From positions 163,605 through 227,604 of the forward strand of contig CDMY01001000.1 in assembly GCA_001179505.1 (NCBI GenBank): DNA of 64,000 nucleotides, written 5' to 3'. Of this stretch, positions 13,077-26,171 are shown piece by piece; within the stretch, counting starts at the first letter, position 1, and the number at the start of each line of letters is the position of its first letter. This stretch comes from Vitrella brassicaformis CCMP3155. Its lineage: Eukaryota > Protista > Chromerida. Both the position numbers and the translations under genes were made by a program. The notes beneath the pieces were generated by a model. It was given only the letters and a program-made list of their open reading frames with translations, made no database searches and was not told the DNA's origin.

Positions 13077-15655
13077 ATGCAGCGCCTGTCCGTCCTTCTC
13101 CTCTTGACAGCGTCATCGGCCGCTTCCCTCTTGGCCCACGACATGGCCTCCTCCGCTGAGATGAGCAATCATCTTGAGCAGTCGGGGCTCGGCGTGCACC
13201 CCGCAATCCTCCACAGACCGGCCCACAATGCCGCGGCCAAGGACGTCCTGCACCTGCTCGCCACTCACAGACAGGCATCAGCAGCATCAGCAGCAACACC
13301 GGACAGAAACGAAACGGCCGTCTCCATGCTGGCCATGCGGCACCCAGGAAGCCATGTCATTGACCTACCGTCTCGGCACAGAAAGGAGAGTAAGGGCCGA
13401 GACGGTAGGAGACACACACACACGGTTGGTTGTCGAGCTGTCGGTCGCGTTAGAGTCTGGAGTTGCGTGTGTGTCTGTCTGTGTCGGTGCAGCCACCAGC
13501 AAGATTGAGACGGGAAGTGAGAGCCAGCGAGCCATCCCCCAGCTGGGCAAAGGTATGTTTGTCATGGCGACGATGCAGTGAGCACAGTGCCGTGATGGCC
13601 TGTCTCGCTCAGATGAGGACCTCCTTGTCGGCTTGTCGGAGGACAACTCGGCCGCCGACGCCCACCACCACCCATCACTCATCGAGAGAAATACAAGTGA
13701 GCCACTTGGCTTCCCTCGTCCCCTTCTCTAGCGGTGCAGCACATTGCTGTCTTTGCCCTTCTCGGCGGTCGCCGCCCTTGTCGTGTGTCATCATGCAGCC
13801 GACATCCATGGGCCTGGTGTTCCTCCCGAGATTCCGAGACAAATGGAGGTGAAGATGGAGGCAATACGGACGCTCACGAAGGGGCAGATCAAGACCGTCA
13901 AAGGCCTCTGCGAGACCGCCTGGATCCATTGCAGTGTGATGCGCAGCCACGTCGTTTCAAAGCCCAAATCTGTGCTGCGCAAAAAGAAGAAGGTAACTAA
14001 GATGGCCACACGCGCAGACTCAGTCCACATGCCCCAGAGAGAGAAGCTCTATATGTATGCGTTGCTGCAGGCGCAGAAGTGGAAAGAAGTGCCCAGTGCG
14101 AAAGGCTTCTGGAATCGGAGGGAGTGTCGCTCCTCGAGGGGTTTGTGGCAACAGGAGACAGCTTTGCCAATTTTCCTCCGTTACCCTCTCCTGTGCAGCC
14201 TTGACGAAGGAGGGAACTTCGGGCCCGGATCAAATTTCAAAATCATGTGAGCAAGGAGATGATGTGCAGGCGTGTGCACCGCGTGTCGGCGGGCAGGTTC
14301 AAAAAGGGCGGCTTTGGCTTGGTGCTCTTCGCAGAGATTGACAGAGGCACGTGGGCATGGACACGCGTGTGCATACTACGGGTCTGTCTGTATCGTTTCT
14401 GTGTGTATGGCTGTGTGTGTGGATTGATGGCATGCAGAGATGCTGATTTCGCCGACGGACAATGTGCCAGGTACCCATGTGCCCACGGCCAATGCTGTGA
14501 GTCGCTATTCATATTCGTGACGGTGTACGTTTTGTTCACATATACGGATGAAGCGAGTGAAAGAGAAAGTGGCATTTTGCGCGTCGTAATCATGCCGCGG
14601 AGTGACTACGAGTCCCAGTTGTACGACGATTCCGATAGGAATGCGCCAACCGAAAACCTCCTGAAGGAGTTAGAAAGTGCGCCAGCTATCGAGATGATGC
14701 AACACACATTGGCATCCGCTAGGGTGTGTGTATGTGTGTGCGTGTGTCTGTGCAGATTACGCGGCCATCTGGGAAGAGATATCATCAGGAGCCATCTCTG
14801 CCGAGAAAATGCCGCAGATTCCTAAGTATTACCTGCCGAAGGAGGAGCTGACAGGTCGGTATGCGCAGACTCATCCACACCCGCACATCGAAGCAAACAG
14901 AGCCTCTGTTGTTTCTCTATCGTGCATACAAACAGCGCTCATCATAGGGCGTCTTCGCGGCATCGAAGTGAAAGACCTACTTTACGTTGACACGAAAGAC
15001 CTGCTTTACGGCCACATTCGACGCGACATCCCGTGGCACCAGGTGGTGCCTGTGCGCCTCAACGGCGAGAGAAAAGACCTGACATTGGGTGCCTTCATAG
15101 TGGCACTCTTGGCTGTGGGAATTTATGGTAAACAACATGCGTGAATCGATGGAGTCCGCGCCAGTCTTACGTCTTCAGGCCTCAACAGAAATGCGGGCCA
15201 TCGACACCAAGACATTGACCATGGTATGGATATATGCGTGAAGCCAGGTGCAAGTGGGACCTCTCTCAGTGAGTGGGTCTCTCTCTATGTGTGTGTGTGT
15301 ATGTGTGGGGGTGTGTCTTCTCAACAACCTGCAGCTGATCGATCTCAGCTCTATGCGCAAGATCCCGTCCGGCAAGACCTATGGTCTTAAGGACATGTCG
15401 GGCGTCAAGACGTGCGCCATGCATACCGCAACACATGACCACAAATGTGTGCAGGTGTACCATTCACTCATTTCATCCATTTGATGCTTGTGCAGGATCG
15501 CCGGGGAGATTGTGGAGCAGCTCCTCAAGAAACAGCCGAAGAACAAGAGCCTCCAAGAGCTGGACAGCCTCCTTGGTTTGAGATCCTTTTCGCTGGACTT
15601 TTTCCAACGGGTGATTGATTTGGCCCTCGGCAGCGCCAACCAACCAGTCGGCTGA
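13077..15655 (+). CDS. Multi-exon putative secreted protein of unknown function
   Basis: Signal-like MQRLSVLLLLTASSAASLLA followed by about a dozen GT-AG exons with protein-like content (e.g. DYAAIWEEISSG, LRGIEVKDLLYVD). It could be more than one gene. Confidence 0.55.
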
Positions 15656-16679
15656 CATGCAGCTGGGATATCTGCCTGTCTGCCCAGTACCAGTCCCCCA
15701 ACAGCAAAAGCGACAAACTACCATTTGCAGACGACACCATGCCGTAGTGCGACTCGCATGGGATGAGAGGACCAGTTGAAGGGAAGATGTACAGGCAGTG
15801 CGTGTGGAAAGCTCAAAGTGAATGCATCAGCTTTGATCTCTCATGGCGGGAGCAGTTTGGGGGAGGGACAGGGAGAGGGAGAGATCAAGGTGATTCGGCC
15901 AGCCAAGCGGCCGAGTCAGCAGGCCTGCTGTCCCTGGAGATGATGCACATCTTTTGATGTCAAGTCCATCTTCGGGATGTTTTGCCTTATCGAGCTCGAG
16001 TGATATGCCTCCGTCCCACTCTACATCTGTCGAGATCGATATCGGTCGCCGGGCAGACACCGACGGCCGACAGAATTGCAAAGGCACACATACAAGAAGG
16101 AACGAGCCCATCATCCACCGTCAGCAGTGCATTCCCCGTCGCTGCATTCATTGATTGATTGACTCCTCGGCCCTCTGTTGCACTCGTCTGTCCACCCATT
16201 CACACGCATTTCGGCCCTCGGCGATGAGTTCGATCCTGCATGCTTGCGAGATTAGCTCGCAGACAAAAGGGGGCTTCCATTCCCTTTTTTTGGGATAAGT
16301 GAGCGAACAATGAGCACATGGGCGTCCACCGACGACAGAAATGAATCGCTTTCCCTGCGTGTGTGTCATTTGTGCAGACAGTGCTCGTCAGATATCTCAC
16401 CGCATTCATTGCCGTCAGATAGACAAAGGCGTTGGAAAGACCTGAGGGCGACAGACAGACAAACAGCCTCACACACAAACAAATACGGGCAGGCGCTTGT
16501 GTTGTGTGTTGATGTGATGGGTGAGCAGGTTCGTGTGGATTGGTGGCCTTGTCCCCGACCGCATCAACAGCGCCTCTCCTCTCTGTCGCCCTCAGATGGG
16601 AGGTGGGCAGCACACCACACTTGACGAGCTGTATATGTGTGTGTGTGTATGGATCCCAGGGTCCCAATCAGCCCGTTTG

Positions 16680-17779
16680 TTGAGTGCTTCCACTGGCGAT
16701 GATGATGCATCGCGGTGTGTGGTGTGCATCCATGAGTACGACACACACACGGGTGCCGCACACACGCCCCTCGTACTCGGCCAATGCGGTACGTACGGGG
16801 GCAAGGATGGTTGGCCGAGACACACACATAGTTTTGCGTATTCCATCGCATCCATGTGTGTGTCTTGTGTTGTGTTGGTGTGTGAAGGTCACACCTTCTG
16901 TGCCCACGTGAGCCGGCAGACAGACAGACAGACAGACAGACAGACTGCAGCGAGAATGTCTTTGTTCTTCATGACGTGTTGGTTTGTTTCATTCAGTGTG
17001 TAGCGCGCATAAAAGGACTCGACGGCAGCGTCAAGTGTCCCACGTGCAGGTGAGTGGGCATGTGTGAAGGTCATGAGCAATCCTGACCCATTCATCTCTC
17101 CCTCTCTCTCTCCCTCTCTCTGTTTCTCAGGGCTGTAAGTCGGGAGGATGTCATCAAGAAGAACAACGCACTCGTCACCCTCCTCGAGTACATGCGGCCA
17201 TCTGACGGCACCGCTGGACGGCAGCAGCAGGCCGGTAATGCGACCACCACCACCACCACCGCAGCAGCAGCAGCAGCAGGGCACGTCAGCAGCAGGGTCG
17301 CCACCACACCACATGGAGCACGGCAGACCAGCAGGTAAGGCTCGCCAGAGAGCAGAGGAGCACTGAACACAGTTGATCTCGCCATCTGTCCTTTTTGTTC
17401 GTACAGCAATGGCGCCACACTCCGTCAGCGGCAGGAGGGCTCCTCACTGTCACAGCAGCAGCCGGCCAACAGCAGCAGTGTCGGCCGTCGGACGGGCACA
17501 TCGCGGTATGGCTACCGATATGAGGTGGTGCAGGAGGGCACCGGCAGAGTGCCCACACTTTTCGACACCGTCAAGATCGACCGGATTGCGTGGGATGATG
17601 GATTCGACGGCCAGCGCAAAGCATGCGATGTCCATGGGGAGGTGATTCGGGTGTCTGGTCGGGGTGAGTGGAAGCGTGAGGCGTTGCTGGCGATGCGTGA
17701 GGGCGAGATTAGGCGAATCACAGCGCCACCCAGATATCCTGCCCGCTTCCGTCAGCTGCGGTTGATCAGCATAGAGTAG
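16680..17779 (+). CDS. RING-HC finger fused to an FKBP-like domain
   Basis: Exons CVVCIHEYD...PLVLGQC|GHTFCAH|CVARIKGLDGSVKCPTCR|AVSREDVIKKNNALVTLLEYM...; a phase-2 intron joins these to FKBP exon 17407-17779. The start codon is uncertain. Confidence 0.75.
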
Positions 17780-18965
17780 GAGAGACTGCACACACACGTG
17801 TGGGCGGCTGTGTGTGTCACACACTCATGTGTGTGGCCGGGGGCTCTGCCCTCTGTCCCTGTCTGACTGTGTCCCTCGGGTGTCGAGTAAAGGAAGGAAC
17901 GCGTCGTTGATGTTTGTGTGCCGTGGCCCAGTCTGTGTGCTGTGTGTGGCTCTTTCTTTCGGTGATAGCTGTATCAGGTGTGTAGGTTTGGGAGGGGCTT
18001 CTCGCCAGTCCCTGTATCGACTCCCAACATGTCCCTGTGTCGACTTCTCATCATGTCCCTGGAGCTTCTGCCTTCATTCTAACTGCATGTCCGTTAGTGG
18101 CTTATCAGCGGACCGAATGAGTTATGAATCACCCATGGAAATGAACCAACAGACAAGCATGAAACTCGCCACACGCCTGACTGAGGAGAAGGTGCAAGCA
18201 TGTCTCATCGGGGGGCGGGTGAGTGAGTGACACACTGCAGTGTGTCATGGTCCCAACGGATGATTCATTGGATGCTCATTGACACATTGGGTCGGTCCGG
18301 CGCACACATGCATGCAAACATCCCCCACTCACACCGACAGCAACACCTCACATCCGACACGAACAACCACATGTTTGCAGACTCACTGCGTTCTCTCCCA
18401 TTTCGTGCTGTCTGTCTGTCTGCTTTGGTCGCCCGTCGGTGTCTGCCGATCGCTCATCGAGAAGGGATGCCTCTCCATGGACAGACGGCAGACACCGCCC
18501 TGAGACGAGAGCATACACCAAGACACACGAAACAGACACAACGCGATTGATGTATGTATCATCTCATAGCCGCTTTCTTCCCTCCCCGTGTCTGTCATTC
18601 GTGTGCCCCCATATGTGCAGGGCAGCAGATCGACGACGAGTCACCGGCCCATCAGTGTGTGTGACGTGCCGGCATTTCATCGAACGACGCGCCACCCGAC
18701 ACACACGGCAGCAGAAAAGGGGCAGAGAGAGCATACCACACGATACATAGTCGGAAGGGAAGGAAAATATGTTTGTGTGTATATGTACAGATCTGGCTGA
18801 CTGCATACGAATACCTACATAGGTGGACATATACATATACATATACACTAGCCGCCCCGTGCACCACACTCAGACACAGGTCGAGATGATATGGCCGCCC
18901 ACCCGCGGGCCGCCCACCAAGTCAGGCAGTCAGTCAGTCAGTCAGGCAGTCAGCCAGGCCGTTAG

Positions 18966-20246
18966 TCAGTTGATGTGCATGCCGGTGAGTGAGGCCACCA
19001 GGTGGCTCAGCGGGTCGCGCGCAGCCCGGGGAATCCGCAGCACATTGTCGCCACGCAGTGACAGCTCCTGTGTGGCGCACACTGACAGACTAACACGGTA
19101 CCTGCACACACACACACACACACACGCACACACACACATGGTGTGTTGGTTCATCTGTGTGTGACCCCCCATTCCCCCTCCCACCGTGTGACGTCCGATT
19201 TGTTGAGTTGTGTGTGTGGCGGCAGGACCTCCTTCACCCTGCCCTCCAGGCCGTTGATCTCCGGCCGACGGACCACACCGCACAACCACACATCATCGCC
19301 AACTCCAACCGAACCAGACCTGGTCACACACAGAGAGAGCGGAAGTTGTGATGGCTGACAGACAAGCGGCTGCATATTCTCTCTGATTCAGTGACGCACT
19401 GACTCACTCACTCGGTATTGTCGTCTTTGCCTTTGGTGAGCTTTCTGACGTGCCCCTGGCACACGGCCATCCTGGCTAGGTGCAGTCGGAGTATTGCTCT
19501 GTCCTGCTCGGCCGGCCCAAACCACTTGAAGGCCTCCATGTTCTCCTCGACCTTCGCCCCCCTCTCTGCCCCAATGATGACGGCCGCCCACTTGGCGGCC
19601 AGCTCACGGCGGCCCGTAATGAGGCCATGGCGACTGAAGAAGAGGCCGTGGTGGGCCGTCATCAGACAGTCGGCATACGACTGGCCCAGGGAGTCGTCTT
19701 CGAGGGCCGTGGCGTAGTAGTAGCTGGCCAGCCATGTGGCTGCCGTGCCGTCGGAGTGCCTGACGGCCACCTCACGCAACGGGCCGCCCAGCTCATCGGC
19801 CACCGGAGCGGCAGACAACGACGAGCCAGAGGGCTTCTGGATGCGCTCAATGACACAGCAATTGTCCTGCAGACAGACAGACAGACAGACAGACAAACAC
19901 TCCACTCAGAGAGTATCTCAATCTGTCTCACCTGTCGGCACGTGGGGCACCTGAAGAGGACCATCTGCTCACCCCGGGCGCCCGTCGGCCGCGACGCAGA
20001 ATCGGCGAAAAACGCCTTGGCCTCGCCACTCAGACACTGCAGTGCCGGCAGTCAGCAAACATACAAACACAAGTGCATCCCTTCCTGCCTGCCTCTCTGT
20101 CTGCCTGCACTCACCTCAAAGCAGAAAAAGTGGTCGCATCTGAGCCTCGCGAGATCGGTCTTGCCTGCAAGTGCCTCATGGCAGATGACACACTGGGCAT
20201 CTTTGGGTGGCATGACATAGCGCCGCGGGAGGACGTAGGCAGCCAT
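18966..20246 (-). CDS. RING finger protein with a C-terminal SH3-like (PEING) module
   Basis: CVICHEALAGKTDLARLRCDHFFCFE|C...CPTCR. Phase-2 splices at 19412 and about 19190 continue in frame to VGDDVWLCGVVRRPEINGLEGRVKEV...RYRVSL...ELSLRGDNVL. Confidence 0.75.
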
Positions 20247-20500
20247 GGGATGCCTTCCTCCTTCCGACGTATGAGTTATCTATGCCCCAACCCAACTCTG
20301 GTGGTCTATGCGTCACACACCAGCTGCACATGCACACACACGGCCAACAATACCTATGAATGCATTGTGCGCATTTCTCTCCACTGCACGTCCTGGCGAC
20401 CATTTGCGAGCTTGAAATCCCCTAGGGCACACGGTGAAACCGCCATCTTGCGTGAGATCTGAGGCTTGTTTCTGTTTCCTTTCTCGTCCTTTTCCCTTCA

Positions 20501-21490
20501 ATGAGTCGGCAGTTGTCAGTTCCCCATGTGGTGCAGCGGTTCTTCAATCCTGCTCTCTCCTCCTCCACCACGGAGGAGGACGATGACACAGTCACCAACG
20601 AGATGGTTCAGGGGGTGCTGGCGGACCACCAGGACACCAAGCAGCAGCTCCTCGCCACACAGAAGCAGCTGATTGACGAGCTGACGAGAGAGAGGGACGA
20701 TTGGAAGAGGCGCTGTGAACGTGCCGAGGCGAAGCTGACCGAGTTCCAGGCACGTTGCGGCTACTTTGGGGCTCATCAGGATAGTGTGCTGACTGTACTG
20801 AGCGCGAGAGATCACGCGCAGCTGATCGAGTGGCTCGGCGGCGACAGGACGCTCGTCCAGCTATACAAGTAAGGCACACCAGCACCGCGATGTCCAGGCG
20901 GTGTTTCTTCATCAACCGTTCTCTCCCTTTGTGTGTGTACTTGTTTCTTTCTCAGGGCCACGCGTGATGGTGGGATGTATGGGAGCCTGCTGGACAGAGT
21001 GGGCGGTGCGCGTGGCCTCCTGTTCATCATCCGCGTCGGGTCACTTCGATTCGGTGCCTATATGAGCGGAGGCATCGACGTGCCCGACACCAATCGCCCT
21101 TGCGACGTATGGTTCTTTTCCCTCACTGGCCATGATTTCAGCGGCCCCACAAAGATCCCTTTGCGGCACAAAAACAATCAGATGGTCAGTATCGCCGCTA
21201 GGGATGGAGCACTCGAGAGCAGAACCGGTGAAAACAAGGCCAGAATGTGCATTGGTGGTGGGGGGATTCTGTGGCTGGGGTATGGCGATAATGATGCCCC
21301 TGCTGCGGACATTCGAAGGATTCAACACTGGGTGCACAAGGATGATGTGCCAGCGGGTTATACAGGGATGCGGGCTGCCGTCGCTGAGATATCGAGCTCC
21401 CAATGCGGCTTCCTGGGCAGCAACGAGCTCTTCACTGCTGAAGAGCTGGAAGTGTGGCATGTGGTTAGACTACATTTTGAGAGTGAATAG
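20501..21490 (+). CDS. Coiled-coil + TLDc domain protein
   Basis: Two exons (20501-20868, 20956-21490) joining LIEWLGGDRTLVQLYK-ATRDG...GLLFIIRVGSLRFGAYM...WFFSL...AEELEVWHV, a TLDc signature. Confidence 0.85.
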
Positions 21491-21897
21491 GCTTGTTTCT
21501 CTCTGCGTGCATCGGTCCGCGTTCGTCTGAGTGCTTCTGCACTGTGTCAGTTTTGTTATTTATACCGTGACGTGTTGACAGTGACGAGATTACCATGAAG
21601 CTGCATACATGTGTGCGGCATGACCATAGAAAGGCAGACTCTCCTGTGTGTGTGTGTAAGTGTGCGATTTCTCGTGGATCATGGATCTGTGCGATTCATC
21701 CTTAGCCGACCAATAATACACAGGCATGTCTCACAACCAAGGGGCTCTCCCCGAAACCGCTGCCTTGAGGGGCAGCCGATAGGTGAGCGAACGAGAAGCG
21801 CATTGTGGAGCAGATCCCAAGGCCACATCGTCCCCACCGACGCTCCCGTTCGTGTGGCGTGTGTGGAGCAGATCTCGGCTGTGTGCATGAGAGTCTC

Positions 21898-23002
21898 ATG
21901 ACGGCTCTTCCACTGGCACAGTGTGGCGTGTGTTTTGAGGACTACCACCACGAGGATACCGACAGGCAGCCTCAGGTGCTGTCGCGATGCGGTGAGTGAG
22001 GAACACACACAGGCAGTCAAGCAAAGGTTCTGAAAAGGAGGGAGGGGTGTTCTTTTGTATGTGTTTCATGCGCCCACCCATCCGTCTGTCAGGTCACTCG
22101 TTCTGCGCGGCGGTACACACACACGACAGGCAGACAGACAGACGGCTTTCATATCTAAATGAGGGGCTCGTGCGTGTTTGGTCGCTGTCCGTCTGTTGTG
22201 TGTCTGCAGTGTGTCCGGGGCCTCATTCGCAACCATCCTCATGACCGCCGCGCGGCTGTCTGCCCAATCTGCAAGCACGCCAACCAACCAACCAACCACT
22301 GTGCTCACAACTGTGTATGTGCATTTCTGTCAATCAGGCGAGAGACTTCACAGTCTGATGTGCACATCAACTACGACCTCCGTGACATCGTGCAGCAGCT
22401 GCGGACGGCCACTGCGGCAGCACCGGCACCGGCACCCAGCAACACGACACACTCGACACCCCCTGCTGTCCCTCCGACTGGCCAAGAAGCACCCCTCACG
22501 GCTCGCCAGCGGCAGGAGGCCGCCGACTATGCCTTAGCGCTGCAGCTGTCCAACGAAATCAATGACACAGACCCGCCGAGCAATCAGACGTGAGCAGCCC
22601 CTGCCTCTCTGCCTTACTAACCTCAATCAGGATGGTCGTTGGCTTTGCGTCTGTTCTGTGTATGTGTGTGTCGTTGGCAGTCCCTTCATTGGCGGCGGCG
22701 CTCCTCTCCGTCGTCGGACCGGCACACTGCCATCGTCTGGCTATCCATATGAGGTGGTGCAGGAGGGCACCGGCAGAGTGCCCACACTCAACGACCGCGT
22801 GAAGTACGACCGGATCTGGTGGGGTGATGCATTCGACGGTCGGGACAAAGTCTACGATGACCGTGGGCGGGTGTGGCGTGTGTATGATCGGTATTACTGG
22901 TTGAATGAGGCGTTGCTGGAGATGAGGGTGGGGGAGGTCAGGCAGATCACAATGCCATACGGCGCCCCCTACCGTCAGTTGCGTTTGGTCAGCATAGAGT
23001 AG
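21898..23002 (+). CDS. RING-HC + UIM-like motif + FKBP-like domain fusion
   Basis: CGVCFEDY...PQVLSRC|GHSFCAA|C...CPICK, then QEAADYALALQLSNE. The phase-2 intron 22590-22680 joins in frame to ...YEVVQEGTGRVPTLNDRVKYD...YRQLRLVSIE*. Confidence 0.82.
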
Positions 23003-23060
23003 GGGAGAGTCCACACACACACACAGGTGGGGCCGGCTGTGTGTGTCACACTTTGAGCGA
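23003..23060 (+). repeat. Conserved 3' flank following FKBP-like stop codons (representative copy; present after most cassettes)
   Basis: TAG-g(ga)n-tcc(ac)n-ggggc(c)ggctgtgtgtgtcacac, usually followed by tcatgtgtgtggccgggggctc. Seen after stops at 8158, 8683, 9017, 17779, 25526, 27283, 32298, 35005, 36956, 39420, 43066 and 51342, and after the mutated stop near 44718. Confidence 0.85.
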
Positions 23061-25525
23061 GTGATGTTCCGTGCCTGGGTGTGAACGGGGTCACAACGCC
23101 GTTGTGATGTATATGGCGGGTGTGTGACGTTCGTCTCGGAATGTCTGTGTGCCCTTCTGCCTTTATCCTACCGGGTCAGCTGTAAGTGGGCCGGTCGGCC
23201 GCTGGCTGGCGGCGACACACGAGTGTTCAGTGTTCTGTGACAGAAAGGCAGAGAGGCAGACGGCCGCTCAGCCACACAGACAGACAGGTACAATGCATCT
23301 GCTGGTTTGTGCCTTTCCGTCGCTGTGTCTGTGTGTGGTCGCTGCCTTTGTCGCGTGTGAGTCTGTCAGCCGCTGGCGGCCCTTTCTGTCTGCCGCGAGT
23401 GTGCGTGGCGTTTGCAAGAGGGGCTTTATTTCTCTCCCCGTTGTGGTGGTCTGCACCAGACACCTCATGCGCATGACTTCCTAATGACACGCAGCGATGG
23501 CCATTGGCTTCATCTCGTGGCATCGTGGTGGCTCGGTGTGACTTAAATGCTGTGGTCGTGTTTGCTCGCTTATGACAGGCAGCGATGACCACATTGGCGT
23601 TGTTTCTTGGCATTCAAGGTGGCTTGGTGTTAAACTGCTGCACACCTTTGTCTTGCTGGGTGTCTGTCTGGTGGTCTCTTGGGGCTGCCAGTGGATGGTC
23701 TGCTGACGGCTTCTCTGTCTGCGATTGTCGGCCGGCAGAGAGGGCGTCAGCAGGTCGACGCTCAGCCACGAGAGACCACATAGACAGACACAACACATTC
23801 ATGCTGGTTGAGTGTGGAGAGGATGACTGACTCGTGTGGGATTCTGTGAGTGAACCGTGAGGTCCTCCCTGTCGGGTGCACTCGGTGGGCGGTGTTCTGC
23901 TTTGAGTGCTTTGTCGACGTCTGCAGACGGCCTCTCTGTCTGTGGTCGACCTGGCAGAGAGACCGTCCGCCGAGGGGGACTTAGCCAAGAGAGAACACCG
24001 ACCATTCACAGACGCATGAGGGGTGTCTTGACGATTTCTGTCTGTCGGGATGGGGGGGGAGGGCATGGAAGGGTCTCAATGTCTCTGTTCGGCTGCCTTT
24101 TTTCTCCCGGGTGGGTCGTTGGTGGGTCGGTGGGTGGCTGGCTGGAGACGACTCGTGTGTGACGGAGATAGACAAAAGGACATCCACTCGGTTCACACGA
24201 ACGTGCGTCTGCACTGCTCGAGATGATTTTTCTCTCAACACAGCTCACGGCAGCTTTTTGTGTGCCGTGGGTGTGGCCGTGGCCGTGCCTGTCGTTTGTC
24301 AAGAGAGGCTTTATTTCTCTCCCCGTTATGCGCGTGTATGTGAGCTGTTATTCTACGCCACAAGCTTCCATGACTGACCCAGATGGGCAATACCTCCCGA
24401 CTGCACGCGCGATGCGTTGAATGGGCTGGCGAGAAGAGAGGCAGACTGTCTGTGCGGGAGTGAGGATATCATGCCGCTGTCATGTGCATGGCGGGTGTGT
24501 CTGTGTCATGTTCTCTTCGTGCTAAGTCCTGTACGTCAGATCCACCAGCCCACGGACATCAATGCATCCTGCACGTGTGAATGGTTGATGTTTTTCTCTC
24601 GGCTAAGTCCCGCTCGCCAGACGGCTTCTCTGTCTGTGGTCGACCGCAGACAGAGACACCGTCAGCCGAGGGGGACTTAGCCAACAGAGAACAACACAGA
24701 CCATGCACAGCCGCATAGAGCGGTGTCTTACGGTTTTTGTCTGTCGGGATTGGCAAATGAGTGCAGACATTTATTCATTCGACATCTGATCAACCGATGA
24801 GTCTCCCACTAACTATAATGACATCCGCCGTTACTCAATTACCGACAAAATTCCCTTACTCCTTTGCTGGGTCATTCAAAGGCAACTGTGTGTGAGTTTG
24901 ATCCCCGAGTATTTGGGCCGGGGCTTAGCAAGGGAGAACACCAACCAATCGCACTCACTTTGGCAGGGGCCTGCGTGGTGTGGACTGACAAGGACTGGTG
25001 GACCACAGACGCATCAATGACTGTCGCGATTGACTCTCATAATAAAGTCGGTCAAGCAGTACTCCTTCATGGCCGCCTCACCACACACACACTGTACCCC
25101 CGTCGATGTGGGGCTGCGCACACAGAGACACCGCCAAGGAACCCCATGCCGCCCATAACGCACTCACACCAGACAAACACCACTCACAAGCAGTGCACAC
25201 ACATTGGTCGACCCCTTTCTTTCTCGCTCCACCAGACAGACAGGCAGGCAGACAGACAGACAGGCGAGAGACAAAGCCATTACACGACGGTTGGATAAAA
25301 GGCGAACGCCTCACGGAGCAATCGGACGCCGAGAGAATGCGGCAACAGGGCTGCAAAAATGCCAGACAGAAACTTTGCCCCTCACAATACACCCACTCAC
25401 TCCACGGCTCAGAACCAAAGCACACAGGCAGACAGGCAAACGACGAGTGAAGAGCCCCCGGCCACACACATGAGTGTGTGACACACACAGCCGCCCCCCA
25501 TGTGTGTGCGTGTGCGCAGTCTCTC

Positions 25526-26171
25526 CTACTCTATGCTGATCAAACGCAGCTCAACGTAGGGGGCATATTCGTCTGGCACTGTGACGTTCCTCACCTCCCC
25601 CTCTTTCATCGACAGCAACGCCTCATCCAACCAGCCAGCCCGACCAGACACACGACGCACCACCCCAAGGAGGTCATAGGCTTTGCTCTGGCCGTCGAAT
25701 GCATCACTCCACCCAATCCGGTCGAACTTTAAGAGGTTGAGTGTGCCGGCTTTGGGCCTTCTGCCGGTGCCCTCCTCCACCACCTGATATGGATAGCCAT
25801 ACCGCGATGTGCCCGTCCGACGGCCGACACTGCTGCGGTTGGCCGGCTGCTGCTGTGACGATGAGGAGCCCTCCTTCCGCTGACGGAGTGTGGCACCGAC
25901 GCCATTGCCGCCGCCAGCCGCTGCTGCGCTGCACACACAGAGATCTCAGGCAGACGCAGCACAAGGAGATCTGATCTGTGTGATGGCCTCTGCCCCTCGT
26001 CGCCTACGTGAGCTGTCTGAGGTCGTCTGTGACGTTGGCCGCCAGTCTGATGTCGCCGTAGTGCTCCGGGCGGATGGCCATCTGCTGCTCTTGGGCCTTG
26101 TAGTAGAAGCCGCCGCGGCCGTCGGTGAAGGTGTTGCGGCCCCAAAAGAGACCGACCAGCCGATCACTCAT
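25526..26171 (-). CDS. Unknown ~50-aa module + FKBP-like domain, apparently intact
   Basis: MSDRLVGLFWGRNTFTDGRGGFYYKAQEQQMAIRPEHYGDIRL..., a phase-2 intron, then FKBP exon 25928-25526 ending YVELRLISIE*. Confidence 0.75.
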
